Positions 54,322 to 64,000 of a DNA stretch of 64,000 nt are shown one piece after another. This DNA is from Barthelona sp. PCE (Eukaryota), in assembly GCA_040285745.1 (NCBI GenBank), contig JAUFOR010000005.1:372001-436000 (forward strand), given 5' to 3'. A program made the position numbers and the translations under genes. Numbering within the stretch: the stretch's first letter is position 1; every line of letters begins with the position of its first letter. The notes below the pieces were generated by a model. It was not told the DNA's origin. It saw only the letters and a list, made by a program, of their open reading frames with translations, and did no database searches.

Positions 54322-56709
54322 CTATGAAGTTAAATGTGGAGGAACTTCATAACTAATTGCAAAACCTCGGTCTTCAAGTGATTGGGTCGAGGCAGAACTG
54401 AATGTCGACAATCTGCTCATGCTACTTGTTATACTAGTTGCACTTGATAAAGAAGCAGTATCAAAATCAGACTCATCAGAATTACTGTTTGGTTTTCTCT
54501 CCATTTCAGCAATTGCGCTCATCTGTGAGGAAAACTCGGTCGTACAGCTCCTCATGAGGTTCAGAGCAGTTTCTGGATTACCCTCTGCAATACTAGAAGC
54601 AGCCATCTTTAAAGTTCTATTAATATGTTTCAGTAATTTCTTCTTTGACTTCTTCTTCTTCTTTTTCTTCTTCAAGGAGTTCTGCGATGCGTGTCTCTGT
54701 AATGTATTCTTTAAGGCAGGTAAAGTCTCACTGTCATTTCTAATACTGCTAATTAGTTCGGTCGTTTTCTCATTCAATAAACGTTTAACAGCCTTTGTGA
54801 TCTTCTCTTGCGTCTCTGCAGTCTCAGGTGCGCCAGTTTCTTCGTCCTTGACCTCTATATCGTTCAAATCATCACAGATTTGATTAACAAGTCTATCTCT
54901 GAAAGAATCAACGTTATTTCTTTGAGAATTCACTTTGATATCAAGTTGCTTCACTAAATCAGAATTGATTCTTTCCAATTTATATACTTTATCATTAAGT
55001 CGACGTATATTATCTTGTAGTTCAAGTTGTTCTTCTAAAAATTTTGTTTTAATATTTATCAATTCATTACTCTTTGACTCAATCTCGTTCTCAAAAAAAG
55101 CTATTTTTTGCATGATTTTCATACCAGTTTTTTGTGTTTTAAACATTACTGAACTATGATCACTGTCTAACATAAAGTTGGAGTGGTTCTCACGTTGCTC
55201 CACAAAGTTGCTGAAGTTTAATGGAGTCCACTGCTGTGTCTTATTGTTAAAAACAACCAAATCACATTGGTTTAAAAATTCACTATACTCTTTTAATTGT
55301 GTTTGAAATAGATTCAATTCAGCCTCTTTTCGGTTCATTTCGATCTTCTCATCCTTCAAGAACGTGCCCATACCCCCCTCATCCGTCGTGGGGAGCTTGG
55401 AAGATGAACCTTTCTCCAATTGTTGAACGATTTGAAACAGATAAAGTTTATCCTTCTGCTCTTTCAATAATCTCTTATTTAAGATTTTGACTTTCTTCTG
55501 TAGCTTCATCACGTAGTCGTTATTCACTGGATTCCTCTGTAAATCAGCGTTAATCCTCCGAAGGTTCTTAATTTCCTCAGCCTGAAGTTTAAGTGTTACT
55601 TCCATATCTAACTCTGCGTTACGGACAACCTTTGACTTGATGTGCTTGACTCGTTGTCCAAAACTAAGTGAACTGACTGTCTCACTCGAATTCAATGAGC
55701 TAGGACTGATACAAATGAAAAACATCGTCTTTGTGTTTCCACCCAAAGAATCCTTCAGTAGACGTGTTAACTTACTGTCTCTCCACGGGATATATACTCT
55801 GTTGTGATCAAGAAGTGCTGAAATACAATGCGAGAGGACACTCAACGAGGAGTTGATACTTGTCAGCTCCTTGACACGCTTGTTCTGCTGTTTGACTTGC
55901 TGCTGGTTATACGTGGTAGCCATGGCAGTCTTGTAACGCTCAGAACCTGCCAGGTCCACGAGATTCAATTTTGATTTATAGATTTCACCGTCTATATTGA
56001 GAATAAGATGAAAAGTAAAAATAGAGTGACTTCGACTTGAAACAAGATTAAGAAGCGTCGTTCCGATCTCAAGCTGCTCACTACCCAACTCTAATAGTTT
56101 ATAGACATCACTAGCTGCTTCGACTACAACATCTGTACTGTTTAAAACGATAATTTCACCCTTGGAATTCTCCCTGACGCTTAATCCCTTCTCTCCGTAA
56201 CTTTTTTGTGACAAGAGGTCATAAATCTTCTCACGATATAACTCCAAAAACGAACAGCTCAATTCCCATTCGCAGTCAAGCCCGTTGAGACGTTCAAAGA
56301 TGTACTCCACCGCGCGAGGTGTCAGGCCACGCCTGTCTGAGTCCGGAGGAGGTGAATCGATCTTGAGATCACTGGTAGAATTTGTTTCTTCGTTTAGGTT
56401 AGGCCCAAACATTGTATAGGACTTACCTGCAGCAGTCTGTCCGTAGCAGAAGACCGTGGCGTTGTATCCGTCTAAGAAATTGTCAATCAATGGAGTTACT
56501 AACGAAAAAATTGATTTTTGTGTTGTTTGTTCGTTTAAAATATGGTCAAACGCAAAGTCGCGTAGGTTGTCGTTGTTTTCTACTGTTATAGAATTGTTTG
56601 TTGACTCTATAGCGCCTGGAAATTGCATCTCACGTCGAGTGGGAGGCCTTACCCTGACAGCTACATTGATGCTGACCTCTTCTTCAGAATCCCGGTGCCC
56701 TTGATGCAT
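54322..56709 (-). CDS. N-terminal-motor kinesin with coiled-coil tail
   Basis: INVAVRVRP, P-loop GQTAAGKS, switch I SSRSHSIF, switch II LVDLAGSE, IPWRDSKLTRLL. Start taken at ATG 56709; upstream in-frame ATG 56793 is possible. Confidence 0.93.
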   Translation of the reverse strand: MHQGHRDSEEEVSINVAVRVRPPTRREMQFPGAIESTNNSITVENNDNLRDFAFDHILNEQTTQKSIFSLVTPLIDNFLDGYNATVFCYGQTAAGKSYTMFGPNLNEETNSTSDLKIDSPPPDSDRRGLTPRAVEYIFERLNGLDCEWELSCSFLELYREKIYDLLSQKSYGEKGLSVRENSKGEIIVLNSTDVVVEAASDVYKLLELGSEQLEIGTTLLNLVSSRSHSIFTFHLILNIDGEIYKSKLNLVDLAGSERYKTAMATTYNQQQVKQQNKRVKELTSINSSLSVLSHCISALLDHNRVYIPWRDSKLTRLLKDSLGGNTKTMFFICISPSSLNSSETVSSLSFGQRVKHIKSKVVRNAELDMEVTLKLQAEEIKNLRRINADLQRNPVNNDYVMKLQKKVKILNKRLLKEQKDKLYLFQIVQQLEKGSSSKLPTTDEGGMGTFLKDEKIEMNRKEAELNLFQTQLKEYSEFLNQCDLVVFNNKTQQWTPLNFSNFVEQRENHSNFMLDSDHSSVMFKTQKTGMKIMQKIAFFENEIESKSNELINIKTKFLEEQLELQDNIRRLNDKVYKLERINSDLVKQLDIKVNSQRNNVDSFRDRLVNQICDDLNDIEVKDEETGAPETAETQEKITKAVKRLLNEKTTELISSIRNDSETLPALKNTLQRHASQNSLKKKKKKKKSKKKLLKHINRTLKMAASSIAEGNPETALNLMRSCTTEFSSQMSAIAEMERKPNSNSDESDFDTASLSSATSITSSMSRLSTFSSASTQSLEDRGFAISYEVPPHLTS

Positions 56710-57012
56710 TCTTAGTGCAAGTAATGAGTGGAAAACGAATTTACATATTGCGATTCTGTTTTTCAGAAGTTTAGAAAATGTTTTGGAGAGCATTGAATGC
56801 CAATAAAAACGTCTAAAACAGAATAAAATACGGAAGACTGCAATTAGAAATTATATCAGGCAATCTAAGTTTGGTCCACTCTCAGATTGCTAGTATTCAA
56901 GCTACACAGGAAAGTATACAAAAATATAAGGAGTATGGAACCCAAAGGACCTCACAAAAATGTACCCCAAGTTGTATATTTTTTTTTTCACTTCATCCAA
57001 AAGCTTCATTTC

Positions 57013-57828
57013 ATGTATAGACCGGAGAGAGTATCGGCACCAGGTGACAAACCACAAGTTGTCAAGTTAGGTAAGCATTTCGAGATTCTGTGCAATAGAG
57101 GTATGGTTCGAGCTTATAGAACCTATATTCACGCTGAAGAAGATGAACACCTTCGGGGAACCGTTGCCCCCGTGTCAATCGAGGACGTTGTTATGACGGA
57201 AGACATTTATAGGCAGAATTCTGATTTAGAGCATGTTAGTGAGGATAACTTGTCATTAGTGATGCCTGACATCGCCCCCTCAGACCGCATACACCACATC
57301 CTTATGCACGGTGAATTTTCCTTAACTACTGCAGAACGCCGTGAAGTGATCAAGGTTGTACGTAGTGATATAGAGCGCTTTCTCCATCGTTACTATGTAA
57401 GTACCGATAACAGGCGCCCCATCCCCATAATCCGTATTCAGAATGCACTTGATGAAATGCGTTTTAAGCCAGATTTGCATAGATCTATTCCCAGACAGGT
57501 TACTGACTTATTGGATGATTTTATTCAGAAGGTACATGTCCAAAGAATGAACATGGACATTGCTGTACGTGTTCCCACGACTAAAATGGGGCAGGTACCG
57601 AGGGTTTTTTCAGATTTCTCTTGTGAAGTTCAAAAAGAAAATTGGGGTTCTAAACATTACACAGCTGTTCTTTCCATCGTTCCTGGTGTTTTTGAGGAAT
57701 TTAGTGCTGCTATGGAGCGTGCAACCGAACACAACTTTGATATTCTTGTTAATGGTGATGGTAATCCACAAGAAGAAGAAGAACAAGGCGGCAGGCGTAA
57801 CGGTAAGAAACGTAGACGTAAAAGATAA
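57013..57828 (+). CDS. SBDS: SBDS/Sdo1-family ribosome maturation protein
   Basis: KHFEILC, IEDVV..DIY, ILMHGEFSLTTAERR, RPIPIIRIQNALDE and QRMNMDIAVRVP follow the three SBDS domains. Start at ATG 57013 is chosen by homology. Confidence 0.85.
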   Translation: MYRPERVSAPGDKPQVVKLGKHFEILCNRGMVRAYRTYIHAEEDEHLRGTVAPVSIEDVVMTEDIYRQNSDLEHVSEDNLSLVMPDIAPSDRIHHILMHGEFSLTTAERREVIKVVRSDIERFLHRYYVSTDNRRPIPIIRIQNALDEMRFKPDLHRSIPRQVTDLLDDFIQKVHVQRMNMDIAVRVPTTKMGQVPRVFSDFSCEVQKENWGSKHYTAVLSIVPGVFEEFSAAMERATEHNFDILVNGDGNPQEEEEQGGRRNGKKRRRKR

Positions 57829-57858
57829 TGTTGTATAAGTCAAAGAAATAAAGAAAAT

Positions 57859-59571
57859 CTAATCACTATCATCATCACTATCAACAACAATAGGTTCCTG
57901 ATGAGATTTCACACTCCGTGCCCTCATCTCATCCTGCTTCTTCTCCATATAAACCCTGTATTGGTTGGCTAGATCATGGTCTTCATCAAACAACTCCTGC
58001 GTGTAGTCAATGAGATACCGTGGAATAGAGACAGCACGGTCTTCAGGTTGCTCACTCTCAAATAGACTGAAGCGTGCGCGATGTTGTTCTCTGAGATTTG
58101 ACATATCAATCATCTCATCAATGCACATTCTTGAAAGCTTCTCATTACGCTTCAATTCTTCCACTTTAATATGTTTAAATAACAGCTCAGGATCCTTCTT
58201 GGCCATACGTTGAAACCTTGAACGAATTTGTCGATGATTACGTGAAAAGATATTTGAAATAACAACTGTTTCTTCAGGAACTATTAAAACACGCTCAACA
58301 CCCTGATCCTCTCGGATACCAATCCTATGCTCAGGAACACGAACATCCCTTGCCTCAGCTTCATTATCAACAGATCCATTCCCCTTTCCGTTTTGAAAAA
58401 ATGACTGCTCAATAAGCCCAAAGTTCATCCCAAATATCCGTAGACCAAGAATTATTGCTGCGTCCTCCTCAGGTGTAAACCTTTTATATGATTTGCGTTT
58501 CGTATGTGATCGATACCCATGGTTCCAAGCTGTTTCGTTTTTATCAAACTCTTCTTCATCTTCATTCTTCTTTGGCACAGGGACGATCTGCTGCTCGCGG
58601 GGATTGGAATACTTTATCTGAGCTGTCTGTGTGAATCTAGCTTCTTCTAGTTCATCTTCATCCTGACTTTCCTCATCAGAATCTGAATATTCTGACTCTT
58701 CCTCTGAACTATACATTTTCTCTTCCTCCTCGATTTCCTCTTCCTCATCGTCTTCATCATCTATAATACCTATCTGAGTCTTCTGACTGAAAGGTTTCGA
58801 AAATTCAATCTTTGAAAATTCTTTCTTTATCTTGGCAAATGCTATCTCCTTAAGAGTTTTGTCCATTAAATTATCCGCACCTGTCTCAATTCGTTGTGCT
58901 TTCTTCTGAACTCCATACGGATCATTTGATATATTTTCTTTCCTCAATAAACTACTATATTTTGATCTATTAACAGCTGATCTTGCCTTTTTCCTGGTCA
59001 AACCCTTCTCTATAAGAACATGCGGTGCAATGGCTTCTCCAGGAACCTGATCTTTTTCTAATTTCTCATACTTTCTTTGCAATAACTCAGCTTGTCTTTT
59101 TCTTCTTTCTATATTCTTTTCACTTTGTCGCTCACGGTCCTTGACGTAACGAATGAACTGGTGCTGCATTGTCTCATCTGTTTCATTTCGAATTCGTCTA
59201 GGTACTTTTCCACCTTCTCTTAATTGTTCAGAAATGGGGTCTATTTCTGCTGCAACAAGTGTTCCAGGAAGTCTAATATCGGGTTTTCTCTGGCCACTGA
59301 TCTCATATCGTGCTTGTAACGTTGAAGCATCAGATAGCAATAATTCTCTCATGAAATTTTGTGATAGTGGCTCTTGACGTTGGCTCAACATATCAATCTC
59401 GGTGAAACGCTCATCCTCTTCAGCAATTTCCTGTGTGTTGAATGGTGCTGCGCTGATCCCCTCTTGAATGACAGCAATGTTCTGTTGTTCATGTTGCTCT
59501 TCTTCAAAGTCGCTTTCAACTTCACTGTCAATCTCATACGTGAGACGGGTTGTGGTGCCGCGATTGGACAT
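57859..59571 (-). CDS. SANT/Myb protein, Bdp1 (TFIIIB B'')-like
   Basis: Acidic tract, then YRSHTKRKSYKRFTPEEDAAIILGLRIFGMNFGLIEQSF..RNHRQIRSRFQRMAKKDPELL, matching the Bdp1 SANT pattern (W..EE...F..L..FGTDF.LI..RQIK.KF..EEK..P) with an insertion. Confidence 0.6.
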   Translation of the reverse strand: MSNRGTTTRLTYEIDSEVESDFEEEQHEQQNIAVIQEGISAAPFNTQEIAEEDERFTEIDMLSQRQEPLSQNFMRELLLSDASTLQARYEISGQRKPDIRLPGTLVAAEIDPISEQLREGGKVPRRIRNETDETMQHQFIRYVKDRERQSEKNIERRKRQAELLQRKYEKLEKDQVPGEAIAPHVLIEKGLTRKKARSAVNRSKYSSLLRKENISNDPYGVQKKAQRIETGADNLMDKTLKEIAFAKIKKEFSKIEFSKPFSQKTQIGIIDDEDDEEEEIEEEEKMYSSEEESEYSDSDEESQDEDELEEARFTQTAQIKYSNPREQQIVPVPKKNEDEEEFDKNETAWNHGYRSHTKRKSYKRFTPEEDAAIILGLRIFGMNFGLIEQSFFQNGKGNGSVDNEAEARDVRVPEHRIGIREDQGVERVLIVPEETVVISNIFSRNHRQIRSRFQRMAKKDPELLFKHIKVEELKRNEKLSRMCIDEMIDMSNLREQHRARFSLFESEQPEDRAVSIPRYLIDYTQELFDEDHDLANQYRVYMEKKQDEMRARSVKSHQEPIVVDSDDDSD

Positions 59572-59752
59572 CCAGAAATATGCCCTTTATGCAGTTTTGG
59601 AAAAGGAAAAATGTTCGAAAACAAGATTTTTCCCTTTTCTCTTTTGCATATGTTACATTCTACCATGGGTGAGCACATGTTTTTAATTTGAAGTGCCAAA
59701 AATTGTAAATACGTTGTTTTAACATTCTACCTCCTTTTCAACGATTGTTCAA

Positions 59753-62700
59753 ATGGACGAAATTTTGCACAGCGATGCAGAATCATCGGTAGGTGCCCAG
59801 GATGCAAATATGTCCTCTATTATTGATAGGGAAGAGGTTGAAAAGCTTGTATTGCGTTTTCATGAAGGGTATGAGGGAACCAGTGTTCTGGACCGCAAGC
59901 TCGCTATTGAAACAGTACGCGAGCACGAACCCGAGTTCGTTATTGATACATTCCACACTCTTTTTTCTCTTATCCTCTCAAGCTCTGAGTTGCAGAGGTT
60001 TGCACCAGGGTTCAGCTCCGCCATGTGTGAGCTCCTCACATGTATGTATTCACTTTACGTAAATGCAAGCAAACACTGTCCAGAAGGTTTATTTAAGGAA
60101 GCCAAGAGAAGAGTAATAGTTGTCGCCACAGGCTTAATTCAGAAGGAAATCGTCGAGATATCCGATATGTACGCAATTGCATCGGAACAGCTGTTATTTG
60201 CAATGTTCCCAGAACACGCAAAGGCACAAGAAGAGGAGTTGACACAAACTTTCTTCACCTGTCCGTTAAACTCTTGTTATATTGAAAGCTATGCCCAGTT
60301 CTTCACGTTCGATGAGCTCATCTCATTTCCAGACAAGAATGTGGACGAATTTGTCAAAAAATATGTATTATGTGTTGTTAAATTCAGGTTACACCCTGTA
60401 ATTGCATTGGCACATTTATTCGCTGCTCGCATCGAGAACTGCAACATCCCAGACGAGGCTATTATGCGCGTATGCGTTCGCAGTGGTAATTCTGTCGTGC
60501 TGCACGCAATCAGCATCATTATTAACCTTTGCGTGCCATCCAAGTGCATCTTCCTCCTTGAGCTGCTACAGTCCCACGGTATGCTCAGCATGGACGCCAT
60601 CCCTCCGGCACTGCTCGGTAAGCCATGTGACGAATTGGTGTTAGAATCGGTTGAGAGGAACAAAAGCAGAGGTAGAAAGTACGGTAATGTCAATGATGGA
60701 TTCGGGTCTACTGCATTTTATAAGCTCGGGAAGGATAATCAGCCGGAGATGAATGTGTCTCCCGGTCTGTTGTGTACAGGTGAGTATATTTCACCTTCTC
60801 TCGGTATGCTCCTTGTCGATCGTCTATCGTCAGATATGAAGGATCTATACACCCCATCGCCGTTTGTGACTCCACTCTTTGCAAAACAGACGGAGGAACA
60901 TTTTGGAAAACTCGACCAGTTGCTATCACAGCTCAATTTCAACCCAACAACTCAAGACGTTATCAATTGTAATATCGATCAATTATATGACATGCTCCCT
61001 GCATTGGTGGACGAATTGAGCTTCATCCAGTACCGTATTGGTTCCGACAGGAAGAGGTTTACCCGTGTCTGTAAGATATTAGGATTATATCTTTCAACAT
61101 CAGATGGAAATCCCAATTTCGACAGAAGTGCAGACTTTATCAGATGTATTGTTATTCGTAGTGTTATGCCAGCACTCACGTTCTATAACACTTATTGGCC
61201 AGGTATCTCGTTTGAAAAATTGGATAGTGTCGTTTTGAATAGATGGCTTGTTGATTACCTGAATTACGTGAGTCATCTCAGCTCATACCACGTCCCAATC
61301 ATCCTATGCCGTAAACTGATGCGAAATGCACTTAAGAAGATATTCAAGACACTTACGAGCGGTTTTGATACAAAATCTGTAATGGCCACTGTAATGAAGG
61401 AGATTGTGTTTAGAAATCCAGTCGATGCAATGGATGTTTTCATGGAATTCATTGGCAGAGATCGTGCAGGCGTTTCTGTTGTAGCTCCATTCGCAAAGAC
61501 TCTTTTTACCAATTGCAAACCTTCTTTGTCCACGTGTTTATTTGCAAACGTTGTTTTGGATCATGTTTGTCAGCTGGACTATGGTGAGTTCTCACACGGA
61601 GAGCTCATCAGACCGTTTGTAACAAAGTTCTTACTTGAGTTCCTTAAAATGGCAGAACAACTATCTCCTAAGTACACGTTAGACATTGTATTTTATTCCA
61701 TTCGCCGTATTGATAAGATCCTGGTGTCCCAGGAGGAGGACGCAAAACGGAACGCGCTTCTATTATCAGAATCTTGCTTTTGGCTTTCATTTTTAAGCAA
61801 TTTCATTGAGATTATTACTGGAATTCCAAATATGCGTTATATAACAATTTATGACTTTATTAAGAATATTATTGTTATTCCCAAGAGAAACAGCAATAAC
61901 GTCAATTATTTTATGCGAACGTTTTATTTCAAGTTATTGGTTCTGGTTGAGGAAGGATTACTTAAGAAGGCACGCTGTGTTTGGGTCGGCACTGATGAAC
62001 CTGCTCGTTCATATCTGGTTGACGAGTGTCTTTCCATTATTGAGCAAATATCCACAATAGTACGTCACTTTAATATCCAATTGCCCAAGTTACACAACCA
62101 TTTGCCTCAGAAATGTGCGTTGCAGCCCTTCTGCGGGTGGGATATCCAGCTCAACACCGACCATCGTAAGCTTTTCATGCGTTACAAGGCAATCATCACG
62201 AAATCATCACCGCGTTTCATGGGGGTGTTCACAGATGATTTGTTCTCGTATTTCAACACCTACAACGGGTTCAGTGATCTCGACGTCATCAAGAGCATCA
62301 AGCTCATTAATGATGAAGACGCTCTTACCGGGTATCATGCCAAGGTGATTGAGAATCCAAGTTATATAGCCAATGTTTTCACCTCATTACTGCTAATGGA
62401 GAAGTGCTACAGGGGGTTCTACGACTCCAGTGTGGCTTTTAAGTTCTTCCACTATATTATTGAGAACGACGTAATACCCTTCCTCCCAGTTCGTGAAATT
62501 TTCTTCTTTATTGCAAAGATCGTCCCGTTGCATTGTTTGAAACGCAGTTTGCGCGAGTGTGAGTCCTTGGGTTACTTCCTACGCGAGATCTTGTGCTTGT
62601 TTGTTTATTATTTAAATAATTTCGACGAGATTCCAAACTGTTTCTTTACAGATTTAGACGCTAATGAACGTGATAAGAAGATGGAGTTCGTTTCTTTCTT

Positions 62701-63388
62701 CTCGGAGTTCTCCCATTACCTGTACAATTCGTTTGAGATTGGTTTGATGGAGAGCAGTCAATCATTGGATATGATCCCCATTCATCGTAGATTTCTTTCT
62801 ATGATTAATCTCATTAGTGGTGTGTTCACGCATCAGTTCTACGGTGAGTTCAGTGAGGAACTTGTTAAGTTGGTTAAGGAGTCTTTTACTGATGTTGATG
62901 AAACCCTTGTAGGTAAAGCAAGAACTGTCATTAAAAATATTCAAATTGCTTCACAAAGAGTGTATCAGCCACCGTCAACAATCAACATCCCTGAGAAACT
63001 TCTGAAAGATATTGCTGAAGATGCTGCGGCTGCTGCTGAAAAAGCAAAACCTGTTTCTGAGAAATCAAAACCGTTTGCAACTGATGAAGAAGATCGTATA
63101 AAGTCTAGGAAGAGAAGCGGTGGTCCGAAGAGGCACAAACACAGGGAGAAGCAAGAGCATAGACCAAAACAGGGGCGATATCAGCACCATCAACCTCAGA
63201 AGGGTGGTCGTCGTCGTGGAAGAAATGAACTGTCCCATGATCGTATGATGCCTCCACCTCCAATGCCAATGCAGGCGCCTCCCCACCATGTTCCCCAACG
63301 ACAACGCCCTCATTCAAATCGTAATCATCCCGAACGTAATCATCCTGATAGACCAAAACAGCATGGTCGTCGTCAATTCCGTCAATAA
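59753..63388 (+). CDS. THOC2: THO complex subunit 2 (Tho2/THOC2)-like
   Basis: Ordered motifs SVMPALT, LKKIFKTLT..RNP, WLSFLSNF, EKCYRGFYDS..FKF and ECESLGYFLREIL resemble THOC2 blocks. Low-complexity R/H/P-rich C-terminal tail. Confidence 0.65.
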   Translation: MDEILHSDAESSVGAQDANMSSIIDREEVEKLVLRFHEGYEGTSVLDRKLAIETVREHEPEFVIDTFHTLFSLILSSSELQRFAPGFSSAMCELLTCMYSLYVNASKHCPEGLFKEAKRRVIVVATGLIQKEIVEISDMYAIASEQLLFAMFPEHAKAQEEELTQTFFTCPLNSCYIESYAQFFTFDELISFPDKNVDEFVKKYVLCVVKFRLHPVIALAHLFAARIENCNIPDEAIMRVCVRSGNSVVLHAISIIINLCVPSKCIFLLELLQSHGMLSMDAIPPALLGKPCDELVLESVERNKSRGRKYGNVNDGFGSTAFYKLGKDNQPEMNVSPGLLCTGEYISPSLGMLLVDRLSSDMKDLYTPSPFVTPLFAKQTEEHFGKLDQLLSQLNFNPTTQDVINCNIDQLYDMLPALVDELSFIQYRIGSDRKRFTRVCKILGLYLSTSDGNPNFDRSADFIRCIVIRSVMPALTFYNTYWPGISFEKLDSVVLNRWLVDYLNYVSHLSSYHVPIILCRKLMRNALKKIFKTLTSGFDTKSVMATVMKEIVFRNPVDAMDVFMEFIGRDRAGVSVVAPFAKTLFTNCKPSLSTCLFANVVLDHVCQLDYGEFSHGELIRPFVTKFLLEFLKMAEQLSPKYTLDIVFYSIRRIDKILVSQEEDAKRNALLLSESCFWLSFLSNFIEIITGIPNMRYITIYDFIKNIIVIPKRNSNNVNYFMRTFYFKLLVLVEEGLLKKARCVWVGTDEPARSYLVDECLSIIEQISTIVRHFNIQLPKLHNHLPQKCALQPFCGWDIQLNTDHRKLFMRYKAIITKSSPRFMGVFTDDLFSYFNTYNGFSDLDVIKSIKLINDEDALTGYHAKVIENPSYIANVFTSLLLMEKCYRGFYDSSVAFKFFHYIIENDVIPFLPVREIFFFIAKIVPLHCLKRSLRECESLGYFLREILCLFVYYLNNFDEIPNCFFTDLDANERDKKMEFVSFFSEFSHYLYNSFEIGLMESSQSLDMIPIHRRFLSMINLISGVFTHQFYGEFSEELVKLVKESFTDVDETLVGKARTVIKNIQIASQRVYQPPSTINIPEKLLKDIAEDAAAAAEKAKPVSEKSKPFATDEEDRIKSRKRSGGPKRHKHREKQEHRPKQGRYQHHQPQKGGRRRGRNELSHDRMMPPPPMPMQAPPHHVPQRQRPHSNRNHPERNHPDRPKQHGRRQFRQ

Positions 63389-63504
63389 AAATAAATAAAT
63401 CATGTTCTTGTGGGTGATCACCTGCTTTACTGTGATGGAGAATTCTTTTTAAGTAACTGTTTTTTGTAGTCAATTTTCACATCCATTTCTACGCTAAATC
63501 CACA

Positions 63505-64000
63505 ATGAATGATTGGGGATCTTTCAGGGCTGCACTAGGCGAAGCCAAGAGAGGCATGGGAGATGCGCAAGTTGCTATACAGTTTGCATCCACAGGTTCA
63601 ACCTCCACAATAGCTCAAAGAGTGATGCGGAACACATCAGAGGAACATCTGGAGACGATAAAAGAGGCTGTCGACAAACTTTGCAGTTCTTTTGTTAGTG
63701 AGCAAGAAGCTGCAGTTCGTGAGTTGCTTAAACACGCTAAGAAGGCAAAGCATCTGGACGCCGTCGTACACCACTTTCTGGGTAATCGCAAAGCTGCAAT
63801 AACACTTGCTGAAATGTGTTTAACACCCAGTGCAGACAGTAATGGGAATATGGTTGACAAACTCGGGTATTTAGCATGTTGGTTGCTGACCAACATCGTA
63901 AGCAGCTCGCATACAAAGTGTTTCATGCGTGAAATAATCATCTTAGATAGTATAGTAATGCCTGAGAATAGCGAGCGTTATGCTAATAAGCACGTGGCAC
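63505..64000 (+). CDS. Partial ORF running off the window, ARM-repeat (importin-alpha-like) candidate
   Basis: Manual translation from ATG 63505 (MNDWGSFRAALGEAK...) is open to the window end. ACWLLTNIVSS resembles the ARM motif AAWALTNIAS. Confidence 0.55.
   Translation, partial: MNDWGSFRAALGEAKRGMGDAQVAIQFASTGSTSTIAQRVMRNTSEEHLETIKEAVDKLCSSFVSEQEAAVRELLKHAKKAKHLDAVVHHFLGNRKAAITLAEMCLTPSADSNGNMVDKLGYLACWLLTNIVSSSHTKCFMREIIILDSIVMPENSERYANKHVA

Noticed and set aside
63389-63504. Small RNA between THOC2 and the last ORF (GGTGATCACC palindrome, T-rich Sm-like word)
   Set aside because: Too short and unspecific; no recognisable snRNA or snoRNA architecture.

Overview
Compact, almost intron-free eukaryotic (protist-like) DNA in the standard genetic code, with very short intergenic gaps. 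A branch-point-fused intron motif hints at a metamonad host, but this is inference. Housekeeping genes flank the window: an ATM-like PIKK kinase, Brr6/Brl1, NF-YB, kinesin, SBDS, a Bdp1-like protein and THOC2. Between them lies an AT-rich accessory region (~13.5-41 kb). Its centre (16.3-32.3 kb) is the main result, a head-to-tail array of elements nested at a tRNA-Ala(AGC) gene. The array has one partial copy, six ~1.39-kb non-coding units and one 7.1-kb element. The long element encodes a spliced D..D..CxxH (hAT/Dada-like) transposase and a convergent accessory ORF. Every element ends in ~180 bp of shared sequence plus the first 21 nt of tRNA-Ala. Only the last junction is followed by the tRNA 3' part, giving an intact tRNA. 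I infer a tRNA-targeting, TIR-less DNA transposon that carries a tRNA 5' end, repairing and regenerating its target. Also notable are a TM-pseudokinase-HECT-Rcat fusion, a bacterial-type (AHDFxN) hybrid histidine kinase, a degenerate GT5 protein and three 'MPR'-starting orphan paralogues. All protein calls come from motif recognition by eye; no searches were run.
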